DNA from: Reclinomonas americana ATCC 50394
Lineage: Eukaryota
NCBI GenBank assembly: GCA_048213135.1
Contig: PS015297.1
Coordinates: forward strand, 15,410-79,409
DNA length: 64,000 nucleotides
Reading direction: 5' to 3'
Part shown: piece after piece, positions 1-11,859 of the stretch
Position numbering within the stretch: the stretch's first letter is position 1
Layout: the number at the start of each line of letters is the position of its first letter
Position numbers and translations under genes: made by a program
Notes under the pieces: model-generated
Told to the model about the DNA's origin: nothing
Database searches by the model: none
Seen by the model: only the letters and a program-made list of their open reading frames with translations

Positions 1-464
1 TTCTCTTCTCTCTCTTTTAATCTGTTCTCTCGCTCATTTCTTCCTGCTTCTCTCAATCTCACACCCTCCTGCATTCCTTTTACTCACACACACTCTCACT
101 CACTCTTCTCCCCTCGCTCGCTGTCTCCTCCTTCTCACCTGCACTTTCTCTCCTCGTCTGCTCTCTTCTCTTCTGTACTCTCTCTCTCACCATCTCCTCT
201 CGCCGATCTCTGCTTGCCTGCTCATTCTCTCCTCTTCTGCTCTCTTCTCTTCTGCACTCTCCCTTTCCTTCAGTCTCTTCTCTCTCCACAGCTTCTCTGC
301 TTTGTTCTGTTGTTCTCTCACTTGCCTTCTTCCTCACACCCTCCTACTTTCCTTCTCTTTCTCGCCCACTCTTCTCATCTCGCTCGCTCGCGCGCTCGCT
401 CCTTCTTTCTTCTCCTCATCACTCTCTCGCTTCTCTTCTCTGCTCTCTCTTCTGTTCAATTCCC

Positions 465-705
465 TCGCTCGTCTTAATTCTGCTTCTGTCAACCTCACGC
501 ACTCTCTCCTCCCTTCTCGCTTTCTCTTCCTGTCTCCTCCTCCTCATCTCTGTTCTCTCGAACGTCTTAATCCTGCTTCTGTCAACCTAAAGCACTCTCT
601 CTCTCTCACTCTCTCTACTCCTCTCTTCTTCTCCTCATCTCTTCTCTGCTCTCTCTTTGTTCTGTTCTCTCGCTCGTCTTAATCCTGCTTCTGTCAACCT
701 CACTC
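465..705. repeat. Three imperfect copies of a ~38-bp unit inside the DNAL1 intron
   Basis: ctcgctcgtcttaat(t/c)ctgcttctgtcaacct near 465, 557 and 668, embedded in CT-rich sequence. Confidence 0.85.
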
Positions 706-1110
706 TTTCCTTCTCGCTCTCTCCTCTCTTTCTCTCTCGATCGCTTCTCTTCTCTCCCTCACACCCTCCCTTTCTCTCACTCACACTGTCTCTCTCCCCC
801 TCTCTCAATCCTTCTCTTCTTGTTTCTCTCTCTCTCTTTCCTTCTCGACTTCTCCTTCTCTCTTCTTCTTCTTCTTCTTCTTCCTCCTCTTCCTCTTCTT
901 CTTCCTCTTCATTCTTCTACTTCTTCTTCTTGCTCTTCTTCTTCTTCTTCTTCTTCTTCTTCCTCTTCTCCTTCTTCTTCTTCTCCTTCTCCTTCTTCTC
1001 CTTCTTCGCCTTCTTCTTCTTCTTCTTCTTCTTCTTCTTCTTCTTCTCCTTCTCTCTTCTTCTTCTTGNNNNNNNNNNNNNNNNNNNNTCTCTCTCTCTC
1101 TCTTCTCTCT

Positions 1111-1148
<38 letters not shown>

Positions 1149-1227
1149 TCTCTCTCTTTCTTCTTCTTCTTCTTCTTCTTCTTCTCTCTCTCTCTCTCCC
1201 CTCCCTCTCTCTCCTCCTTCCCCTGAC

Positions 1228-1688
1228 CTGTGCCAACGAGTTATCCAGCTTCTCAATCGCCGGAAACTGCCCAATGATCTTGACCTCCTCCGCCTCGGCC
1301 GGATTCGCTCCCGTCGTCTCCACCCATCGCTTCAGTGCATCGCGAAGTGCCTAAAGACAAAAAAGGGAGAAAGAGAAGAGAGAGAAGAGAGTGATGACGT
1401 CAGCAAATGAGAGAGAGAAGAGGAGAGAGCGCGTGAGAAAAGAGTGAGAGTGTGAGAGAAGAGTGGAGAGAGGGAAGAGAGAAACGGTGCAAGATCATGT
1501 GTAGCAAACACATGACACACCCTCTCTTTCTCTCTCTCTCTCTGTCACTCTCTCACTTCCTCTCTCACCCTCTCACTCACTCACACACTCACTATCACAC
1601 ACATTCACACTCTTTCACTCTCTTTTTATCTCTTTTTCTCACTATGATCTCTCGCGTTTCCTTTTGCGACAAACACACACACACACAC

Positions 1689-1741
<53 letters not shown>

Positions 1742-1882
1742 TTGCACACACACGCACACACACTTACACATTTTCACACAAACTCATTCAATTTCCCCCC
1801 ACAATCTTCGTTTCTTCCTTCTCTCTCTCACACACTCTCACGCACACACACACTCTCTCTCTTTCTTTGCACACACCGTCAT
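1228..1882 (-). CDS. DNAL1: Axonemal outer-arm dynein light chain 1 (LRR protein), 5' part only; the gene continues off the left edge
   Basis: Exon 1350-1228 (tttag|...|gtcagg, 123 nt) encodes ALRDALKRWVETTGANPAEAEEVKIIGQFPAIEKLDNSLAQ, closely matching the DNAL1/LC1 N-terminus (…EALARWEEKTG…[21 protein letters not shown]). Candidate first exon ATGACG|gtgtgt at 1882-1877 is less certain. Confidence 0.85.
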
Positions 1883-2020
1883 CCCTTCACACACAACGTC
1901 AGTGGCAGTTGATCGTTCCACACCAACCAATCGACGACCCTTGAAAATATCTTTGCAACGATTTTCTTGTCTGTCACAAATAAGCAACGCAAGGAAAAGC
2001 CAGAGCAAAAGAGAAAAAAC
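1883..2020. promoter_or_regulatory. Putative short bidirectional promoter between DNAL1 and the RING gene
   Basis: About 140 bp of non-microsatellite sequence between two divergent candidate ATGs (1882 on -, 2021 on +). Inferred from position only. Confidence 0.4.
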
Positions 2021-2616
2021 ATGGAACCAGAGCGCTTTGTAGATCACGTCGACGAAGAATTCAGGTGTGCATGCAAGAAGGGGGTGTTGTCATGTTTCTA
2101 AAAATAGCTTTTCCGCTCTTCTCTCTTCCCTTCTCTTCCTCTGTTGTTCTTCTCTTTGCGCCCTGTTGGTGCTGCTGTTCTTCTCCTTCTTCTCCTCCTC
2201 CTCTTCTCTCTTTCTCTTCTTTCTTCTCCTTCTTCTTCTTCTTCTTCTTCTTCTTCTTCTTCTTCTTCTTCTTCTTCTTCTTCTTCTTCTTCTTCTTCTT
2301 CACCTTCTCCTTCTTCTTCTTCTTGTTGTTGTTGTTCTTCTTCTTGTTCTTCTTCTTCTTCTCCTCCTTCTCCTCCTCCTTCTCCTCCTCCTCCTCCTCC
2401 TCTTCTTCTTCTCACTTGTCTCACTGTGTCACAGATGCTTCTGTGGAGGAGTGTTGCACCCTGCGCGCACACTGATCAGCGCATGTTGTCAACAAATGAT
2501 GTGCGAGTCGTGCATTGCTGCGTGGTTGCAGGTGAGAAAGGGAGAGAGAAGCTCAACAGAAGAAGCAGTGTGAGATGAGCTGAAGAACGGGAAGTGCAAG
2601 AAGGAAGAAGAAGACA

Positions 2617-2647
<31 letters not shown>

Positions 2648-4949
2648 AAGAAGAAGAAGAAGAAGAAGAAGAAGAAGAAGAGGACATAAGAAAAGAAGTA
2701 CTAGGAGAAGGAGAAGAAGAAGGAGAAGAAGAATGCAGTCAACGGTGACTGAAGCATTGATATCATGTGCAAGAATAGCACCAAACGGAAGGGCAAGGAG
2801 GATGCATGCAGAGAATGAGAATGAGCAGAAAGATCTCTAGCAAGTAGAGGGCCAACACGTGAAGAGGTTATTTGAGAAGGAGAATGCACAGAAGCATTGA
2901 TATTATAGCACAACGGAAGGGCAAGGATGCATGCAGAGAAGAATGAGCAACAGTGTTGTGGAGAATATCTGCACTCCGTTCTTCCTCGACGACGACGACA
3001 GGCGATTCTTCTTCCCCCTTGCTTTCATGCAACATCTTCTGGTTCTTGCCTGTCTGCCTTCTCGCTCTTCTTCGTTCTCTTTCTTCATTCTCCTTCTACT
3101 TTTCCACATCCTCTCCTTCCTCGCCTTCTCCTTCTTCTCCTTCTTTCCTCCTGCCCTTGAGCGCGCGCTTTTCCTGCATGCAATACATGTCTATTCTTGC
3201 ATTTTCTGCAATGGGTGTTGACTTCGTTGTTGTTGTTGTTTGCAGCACCGCGGAACATGTCCGCACTGTCGCGCCGATCTCACTCTGCGTTCCAGTTGAG
3301 TGCTTTGCATCGTCTGTGAGCGACTGCGCGAGTTTCTCACCCCCCTTTTTTGTTTCCACAGTGGGCAAGCCGCAGCGTCCGATTCTCAACCTGCTCAACC
3401 GCCTGCGACTGCGCTGCACGAACGAGGCGCTTGGATGCGATGCAGTGTGTCGCATGGAGGAAGTCGAGCGGCATGAGAGCGAGGTGTGTCTCGTTCACTG
3501 TTGCTGTCATGATGCCTCCCGCCTTGTCTCTCTCTCGTTCTCTCTTTCTCATTTTCTTCGTTCCCCTTCTGTCTCCCATTCTCGCTCTTTTTTCTTGCAC
3601 CTGCATTCCGTCCTTTATCTTCTATCACCTCTCCTCCTCTCTGCGTCCGTTTTGTGCTTCCGTTTCTCTCTGCCTCTCCCACCCTTTCCCTCATTTTCAC
3701 ATCTCCGCCTCTCTGTCGTCCGTCGTTTCTTCGTCTTGTGCTTCCGTTTCTCTCTGCCTCCCCCCCTCTTCCTCCCTCTTCCGCAAGACTGCGGTCATCC
3801 ATTATCATTTCCCACCTCTCTGCCTCTCTGCCATCCTCTTTCCTCTCTGTCGTCTTGTGCTTCTGTTTTTCTCTTCTCCCTCCCTCACCCTTCCCTCACC
3901 CTCTCCTCTCATTATCTTTTTCCACCTCTCTGCCAACCTCTTTCCTCTCTATCGTCAGGTGTTTTCTTTCCTCTCTCTCCCCTTCTCCCCTCCCTCACCC
4001 TTTCCCCTCATTATCTCTTTTCGCCTCTCCGCCTCTCTGTCATTCTCTTTCCTCGCTTCTGTTTCCTCTTCTCCCTCCCTCACCCTTCCCCCTCTCTCCT
4101 CTTCCTCCCCCTCTCCCCTCCCTCACCCTTCCCCCTTTCGCCTCCCTCCCCCTCTCCCACAGGAATGCGGCTTCACCACCATTCCCTGCCCCTCCACCGG
4201 CTGCAAGGAACAAATGCTGCGCCGCGACCTCGCCACCCACCTGGCCGAGTGCCGCTTCCGTCGCGTGACGTGCACGGGCGGGTGCGAGCTGGACTTCCCC
4301 GTGTCCGAGGCGCACCTGCACGACTGTGTGACCGCACTGAAAATCGAGGTCTCCAAGCTGCGCGTGCGTGTGCGCGAACTCGAGTCGGGCGTGGGCCCAG
4401 AGGCACCGGTGGTGGCGGTTCGTGCTTTGAGGCACTGAGAGTCATGTCTTCTCAAGTATCTCATTGCATGTGTGCGCGTGTGCAGAAGACTCTGTTGCGC
4501 CCGAAGACGGCGCCGTCTGTCACCGCGGGTGGTGGCGGCGTGGTCTCGTCGGCCGCTGCGCCGGCCGTCATGTCCATGCGCATGAACGCGTGGCGTCGGC
4601 AGTCGAACCAGGTGCGCAACGCCCGGCTGGGTGTGGTCATTGAGGAGGAGGGAACGGGCGCGGCGAGCGGATCAAGTTCCAGCTCCCACGACGAAGGTTT
4701 TTTGTGCACGTGTTGGTGTTTTGAGAGTCAAGAGCAGCGTGCTTATCTCTTGCCATACTTGCAGCCTCGCCACCGCGGGCGGCTTCCGGTGGTGCTGCTG
4801 CGCCCATGCCCGACGGCCGCCTGCAGTGCCCAGTGGTTAGTGTCATTTGTTGATGATATCTCTCTCCCGGCCTCTGTGTATGCACCACTTTCTTCCTTCG
4901 TCCTCTTTTCCAGTCCTAGCTTTCTGCGTGCACCACTGTCTTCCATAGT

Positions 4950-5007
<58 letters not shown>

Positions 5008-5560
5008 NNNNNNNNNNNNNNNNNNNNTCTCTCTCTCTCTCTCTCTCTCTCCCTCCTTCCCTCTCCCTCCCTGTATGCACCACTGCCTTCCTTCATTGCC
5101 TCTCGTCTTTACTTCCTTTCCTTTCTCGCACTGCATCTGCGCCACTTACTGCCTTCTCTTTTTGTGTTCATTCTCTGTGAATTCACCACATCTTTCTACT
5201 TTCTCTTGCTTGCTTGTTCCTCCTTCCCCGTATTCACGACTTTCTTCCCCATTCTCTCTCATTCTTCCCTCCGTCACGTTCCTTTCTTCTCTCTTTCAAT
5301 GTATACGTCGCCGTCTCTCTTGTTTCTTGTATTCGCTCTTTATCACTCCCTCTCCCTTCCCTTCCCCTCTCCCTTCTCTCGTTCTCTCTCTCTCTCCTCT
5401 CCTCTGCCCCCCTTCGCCTCTCACCCCCCTTCCCCCTCCCCCTCAGTGCAACCGCGGCTTCAATCAGGCCGCCTACGAACGCCACCAGCGCATATGCTCA
5501 CAGGTGAACCAGCGGCGGCCGCGATTCGACTCGTCGCAGTTTCGCCGTATCGATACGTGA
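2021..5560 (+). CDS. RNF41/RNF151-like RING + TRAF-type zinc finger + coiled coil + C-terminal C2HC zinc-finger protein (putative E3 ligase), about 8 exons
   Basis: Spliced frame: MEPERFVDHVDEEFR|CFCGGVLHPARTLISACCQQMMCESCIAAWLQ|HRGTCPHCRADLTLRSM|GKPQRPILNLLNRLRLRCTNEALGC…|ECGFTTIPCPSTGC…HLAECRFRRVTC…|…|…RLQCPV|CNRGFNQAAYERHQRIC…FDSSQFRR. All junctions are GT-AG. A further short last exon (stop ~5674) is possible. Confidence 0.85.
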
Positions 5561-6182
5561 GCATGTACACCAATGCATGTTCGAAACGGAGAATTTGTTC
5601 CGTGTTCGTCATTAAAAACACTGGCAGTGGTCTCCTTCTCTCGCCACAGTAGAGTGCCGACGAGGCCGGCTTGACTCTCCGAGGAGAGGACACAAAAAGT
5701 CATCTTCTCCTCAGCATTGCTCTCCTCTTTCCAGACATCATTGATTCTTTTTTCATTTTCTTTTCCCATGGGCCAAGGCCACTGTAGCTGCCATTGAAGT
5801 TAAGAAGAAGAGGCAAGCAGGGAGGGCATATGGGAGAGTTTTCTTTGCAACATATTTTTCAAGACAAGAGAGGGATCGAGCAAGCGAGCGGGAGCTCGAG
5901 GTGGCGGTGGTGCACACTTATGTTAAAGCGGAGTCACACACACACAAACACACGCACATGTACACGCACACGCACTCGCAACGCACACACACACGAGAAG
6001 GGATTTTTTTCGGAAAGACAAAACAAGGCGCACACAGACAACAAACCAACAAAACTGAGAAAACTCGCACAGACACTTCACATGACAACAAGCAAAACAC
6101 GATCGATATACCATGCAGAGAGACAAAAAAAGGCACTTATTAACACACACACGCACACACATGCACTCACTCGGTGCATGTG

Positions 6183-9100
6183 CTACAAGTGCAAATCGAC
6201 GCCGGGCAGACCCCAGTTGCACGACGGTGTCAGGGAGCGTTCTCGGTGGGCGACACCGCCCGCGCCCACCGATGACTCAAAAAAAGACGACCCAGACGGC
6301 CCGAGCGAGTGCTCAACCGTGGAGTGCTGCGGTGGCGGCAAGAGCACTCGTTCGCGCTCGCGCTGCAGCTGGAACATGGGGAACGACTGGTCAAACGATG
6401 GCAGTCCGATACCACCACCACCACCGCCACCGTTGCCGTTGCCGCCCACAACACTCTCCAGCTTGATGCTGTTGATGAGCTGGGTGGTCGATGGCAGCGA
6501 GGCCGCCGAACTGGCAGGCACCACCGGGGGAGGCGCAGCGAGGCTGCCGGCCAGCGAATACATGGACGGCAGCAGGGAGTTCGGACCGGCACCGAGACTC
6601 TGCATGCCTCCACCGCCGTACAATTGCTGCTGTTGCTGATGCAGCTGTTGTTGTTGTTGTTGCTGCTGCTGCTGTTGTTGTTGGAGCTGCAGTTGGAGCT
6701 GGAGCTGCTGTTGTTGCAACTGTTGCTGCTGTTGCTGATGATGGTGGTGTGCCGCCTGCATCTGCATGAGCGAGGACATGGAGTGGACCTGGCTGTGGCT
6801 CGAGCCGCCACCCGATAAGGAGAGTAACGATGAGGCGCCTGGCAGCTGTGCACCGCCCTGCAAATACAGAGAGTCCTGGTGCACGCCCATGTCGCCATAC
6901 GATGCCATGGATCGTGATGCCGGATACAGCTGCTGGTGCATCTGCATCTGCAACTGCTGCTGCTGCTGCTGCTGTTGTTGTTGTTGTTGTTGCTGTTGCT
7001 GCTGTTGTTGTTGTTGGAGACCGAGGAGGTTGCTCATTCCGGAGCCGTCTTGCGAAATGTGAATGTGGTGCGGCATCGCCGTCATGGCCGACAGCGGCGG
7101 CGACTGCATCCGTCGCTGCATCACACTGCCGGTGCTCGAGCGCCGGCCGCCATTCCGCGACGCTGACGACGACCCGAGTGCAGGCAACGGTCCGGCTCCG
7201 GACGCGGCTGCTGCTGCTGCTGCTGCTGCGGCCGCCGCCGACGTTGGGGACATCCACTGGTGCCCGCTACCGCCGCTTCCACCACCGGCGACCAGCGAAG
7301 GCACGGAGGGCAGTGGTGAAGTGAAGCCATTCGCGTGGCCGCCGACACCCGAAGCGGAGGAGGGCGAGAAGGCAAATGGTGAATCGCTGGTTCTTGTGGT
7401 GTAGTCGAGACCTGGCGGAGCCGCGGCGCTTCCCGAACGGCCACCTCCTCCCGCCAATCGACCCTGCCGCAGCGAGGCCGGTGTGGGCTTTTGCAGCTCC
7501 ACATTGGCTCTCAACTGCGCACATATACAAGCAATATGTGTGAGTCAGCGTGCCACACGGGAGGTGGAGGGAGTGTAGGTTAAGGTTGGAAAGAAATGAC
7601 ATGCCGCGCGCGCCCGCGCACCCCTCCCACGGCCAACTGCCCACTCACCTCTGGAATCAGCAAGTCGGGGTTGCAGTAGTCGAGAATGTCGTAGAATTTG
7701 TTTTCACCGATGCAGGCCTGTGGCGGGCGACGAAGGGGTGAGTGAGAGAAAACAAAAAAAAAGAAACCGTCTCTCCGATATCTCTCTCTCACTCACACAA
7801 ACTGATGAAGCAGTTCACAGTCAATTAAAGAAAAAAACACAACAACCCATAGCCATAACGCTGAGATACACATCGAGAGAGAAACTGGCAGACAGCGTGG
7901 AGGAGAGGAGACGGGAGAGCAGAAGGAGGTGGAGAGTCAATCTTTGAAAAACCCACACCTGCCAAACTCAGACGAATCTTTCCTCACGCGCTTGTGCTCT
8001 GCCACTCACACTCTCAACTCACTCACTCACTCACTGCTGTCTTTCTATCTTCCCCCCCTCTCTCTCTCACATACATACACACACACATACACACATACAC
8101 ACACATACACACAGTGTCTCACTACACTTGTCTTCACAGACTGAGTGAAACAAACAAGAGAGGGAGCGCAGCGAGTACCAGCGTTTCTGAACAGCGGCAA
8201 CATTGGCTCCTCGCCACACACAAGAGAACACAAGGAGGAGATATACAGAAGATGAGAATGGAGGAACAAAAAAAGTGATTTGGAGAGGGTTTGAACAATC
8301 GCGAAAGGCCATGAATCTTGTGTGTTGGTTATTGGCAGTGCGCCCCCACATGGCACGACTGCACTTTCACAAACCACTCACTCTCCCCACTCATTCACTG
8401 CAAAAGTGCCTCACCTTGGCACACACGTAGCGCCAGGCAGGCGACTGCGGGTGAATGGGCGGCTCGTCGGGTCCGAAAACGCGCACCAGACTGACATTGA
8501 CAATGTCGCGCAGCAGGTCCTTGCGCAGGATCTTGCGCTTGTCGCGGCGACCGAGCTTGGTGCACGTTAGTGGCAGCATCTGCGAAGGGTGAAGAGGGAC
8601 GAGGAGGATGAGCAGGGGGGAGGAGTAGTAAAGCACATACAGGAAAGAGGACAAAGTTCAGCGTCTTATGCATCGACTAGAGAGAGAAAGAATGTGACAA
8701 CAGAGAGCCTCGCGCGGGATGATGGAGAGAAGGGAGTTGGGAGGTGAGAGAGTGAAAAACAGAATCATGAGAGGAGAAATGACAGTTTGTTCGAAATAGA
8801 CAAGATAAAACTTCTCGCAGCCTCACCTGGCGGAACTCGTCGAGCTTGAACTGAGGCACCTGCGACGCAACACGCACACACTGTGAGCAGGGGAGAGAGA
8901 GAGAGAAGTGGGGGAGCATGAGACAAACCGCGAGGAAATCCTCCGTGTTTCTCATTGTGCGCCACCCCGAATCCTCGTCGAATCGCATACGAATGTCGTG
9001 CAAGACATCCTCGAGGAACGGCCGCAGTTTCTCTGGGATCTCAGGCCACAACATCTGCGCGCGTGCGTGTGTTCGCATTTCCGATCACGTGAGTATATCG

Positions 9101-10274
9101 ATTGCGCGCGCGACGGTGCACCAGGAGTCACTCACTCACCTGCGCAAGCTGTTCGTTCTCCTCCAGCAACTGCGCGCGACACTTGCGTCCGCCGCTGCCA
9201 CGACGCGGTCTCCTGCTCGTACGACTCGTGGCTGCTGTGCTTCCATTGGCCATGGTCTGCAGACGCACAGACACACACACACACACACACACGCAAAGAG
9301 AGAGAGAGAGAGAGAGTAGAGGCGCGCACACACAGTCAATGCAACTGTTCTCGAACGCATGATTGCTGCCACTGCGCTTGTGCACGCACCACTTTTCTCC
9401 GTTTCTTGGGCCCTTGACTACTGCCACCACCAGCTCCACCATTGCGACGGCGCGCGCCCCCATGAAACTCCTCCTCCTCCTCCTCATCATCCTCCATTCC
9501 GTCGCCTTCCTCGTCCAAACTGCAGTATTCGTCGTCATCGTCGTCGTCCTCGCGAGACACACGACGACGTCCTTGCACACGAGGCTGTGCATGAGGTGAG
9601 GAGGAGGGTGAGCAATCGACAGGACACTCTTGAAACGAGGCAATCAGTGGGAACCCCTCACATGCGCAAAAAACAGCACAAAAAAGGAAGGAGAGACACG
9701 GCGCGCACAGTCAAACTCTCTTTTTTTCTCGCACTCCCTCACACACACACACACGCACTCCACCACACGCAGTGAGAGACAGAGAGAGTGCGCACGATTC
9801 ACACAAAGAGTCGGAACGAATCAAACAAGCTATCGAACACACTCTCACACTCTTCGTCAAAACAGCTTTTTTGTCTTCGTCACAGTCAGTCTCCCACAAA
9901 GACACGCATGCCAACACGCACACAAACAAACAAAACAGAAACTTTACACATCGCACGCACACTGCTCATTGGTGTGTGTGCACATGCTTCAGTGCGCCTT
10001 TATGCGGGAGTTGCGTTCACGCACACCACTCACTGCTCACATTTCCGAACGCAACTCCACTGTCCGCGCCCTCCACCACCACCACTGCTCGCTCGCCCAA
10101 CAGCGCAGGCACACTCGGCAGTGCAGGTGGCGCCAGCAGCATTGCCATGGCGGGGGGCAGAGGAGGCGAAGATGATGATTGGCCAAGGTGGTTCTTGTTG
10201 GCATCGGTCGCTGCCATGGACACCATGGCCGTGGCGGCACTGTCCTCATCGCCCATCGATGAGTCACGTTGCAT
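6183..10274 (-). CDS. Polyglutamine/low-complexity protein, probably a nuclear regulator, about 8 exons; family not recognised
   Basis: Exons near 10274-10041, 9583-9390, 9256-9140, 9054-8929, 8859-8827, 8579-8427, 7716-7648 and 7512-6183 join in frame. Contains an acidic tract, an SV40-like NLS (PKKRRKV), a ~140-aa globular segment and a polyQ/A/G tail. Confidence 0.7.
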
Positions 10275-10762
10275 CGGTCTCACTCACTCACTCAACCTTG
10301 TCTCACAAAAACGATTGCAGAAGAAGAAACACGACAAATGAGACAAAATTTCGTGAGTCGTCATCTCTGGGCAGGCGAAGAGTGCACGCTCAGTCTCTCA
10401 CTCCAGCATTACGCGATGCAACACCACATCACCAGCAGTTGCATGCCAGTCGTTTGAGCAAAAAATTACGCGGACACACATGTTCGAATACACAAATTGG
10501 GTGAAACCGATTATGTTTGGGAAGGCCACTGACACACAGACACACAGACACAAAAAAAAAACAGAGAGCGAGAGCTGCACTGTGCTGCCTTACGAGTAAG
10601 CTGCATGGAAGTCGTTTAACGCGGACACACGCACAAACGAGAAACCGATCATGTTGGCGTTTTTCCTGCCCTGTCACCACCGTAGCAACACACGCACACA
10701 CACACACACACACAACACACACAACTCAAGCTTCTCTTCTTCTTGTTGCTGTGTGATCTGTA

Positions 10763-11676
10763 TTACACGGGAGAATTCCCGACGGGATACTCTCGCCAAT
10801 CGCAGAAGTCAAAGTGCCACCACTCGGTGGGGTTCACGGAGAAGCCGTCGGCCTCCATGGCCGTGCGAAGCAGTGCGCGGTTGGCGTACTGCTGCGGGGT
10901 GCACTCGGCACCCTCGTAGTCAGCGTAGGCGCGCGGGGTGAACTCGTCAAAGCCGCTGGGCATCGGCAGAGGCTCGCCCGTGGCGGCATCGCACAGGGTG
11001 AGATCGATGGCGCAGCCGCGGTTGTGCCGCGAGCCGAGCTTGTCGGGGTTGGCCACAAAGTGGCGCATCTCGTCGGGGGTCGCCTCCCAAAACACTTTGG
11101 TTACAAACCACGGACGATAGCCGTCGAACAGCAGCAGGCCAACGCCATGTTCGGCTACTAAACGCCGATGGACGCGCACCACGGCCTCGGCCGCCGGTCG
11201 CTGCAGCAGGCAGCGCGGTTCCCGATAGACGGCGCACTGCAGAAAGTTGTTCTCGGTCGCGTAGCGCACGTCGGTGTGGATGGAGGGCTCCAGTGTGACG
11301 ACCTCGACCAGGTCGTGGGCGCGCACGGCCGACTCGGAGGCGTGTGGTGGCGGTTCACACAGTACGGCCTCGGCGAGGAGGTCCCGCACGGGGCGCCTGG
11401 GAGTGATGGTGAACGTGTCCGACATCAATCGCAACACGTGTCTTGCCACCAAACGCAGATACCAGGGGGTCACTGTGGAAGAAGAAAAAAACACGAACAT
11501 GAGTTGATTGATACATACACAAACACAGCGTGAAGGGGAAGGGGTGGAGGGGTGAGAGATGGAAGAAGGGGGAGGGAGGGAGGATGGGGAGGGGAAGAGG
11601 GCGGAGACAGGAGGTACAGATTTTCAGCGATGACACGCGGAGGATGAGAAGCGGAACGTGTTGGTCGAAGGAACAT
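10763..11676 (-). CDS. ddpX: D-alanyl-D-alanine dipeptidase (VanX/DdpX, peptidase M15D)
   Basis: Intact motifs YATENNF, DGYRP, SRHNRGCAID (SxHxxGxAxD) and EWWHF, all in one exon (11472-10763). Candidate exon 1 at 11676-11658; an alternative in-exon ATG lies at 11425. Confidence 0.93.
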
Positions 11677-11824
11677 CGTTGTGCGTGAGGCGAGGAGTGG
11701 GCGAAACGCAGCGGAGAGGAGGGAGTGAGGAAGGAGCAGTCTAATGAAAAACAGACTTTCCAAATAAAGCCATGCGCAGCGCGAGAAGAAATTGGGTCTT
11801 GACTGCGAAGATGGGAGAAGAAAG

Positions 11825-11859
<35 letters not shown>

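Noticed and set aside
80-5652. Long ORFs in the supplied track rich in S/L/F or R/E (e.g. 2953-5652, 899 aa; likewise 26725-28659, 39196-41004, 56483-58033)
   Set aside because: They are stop-poor translations of CT/GA microsatellites and N gaps running through introns; only short spliced parts are coding.
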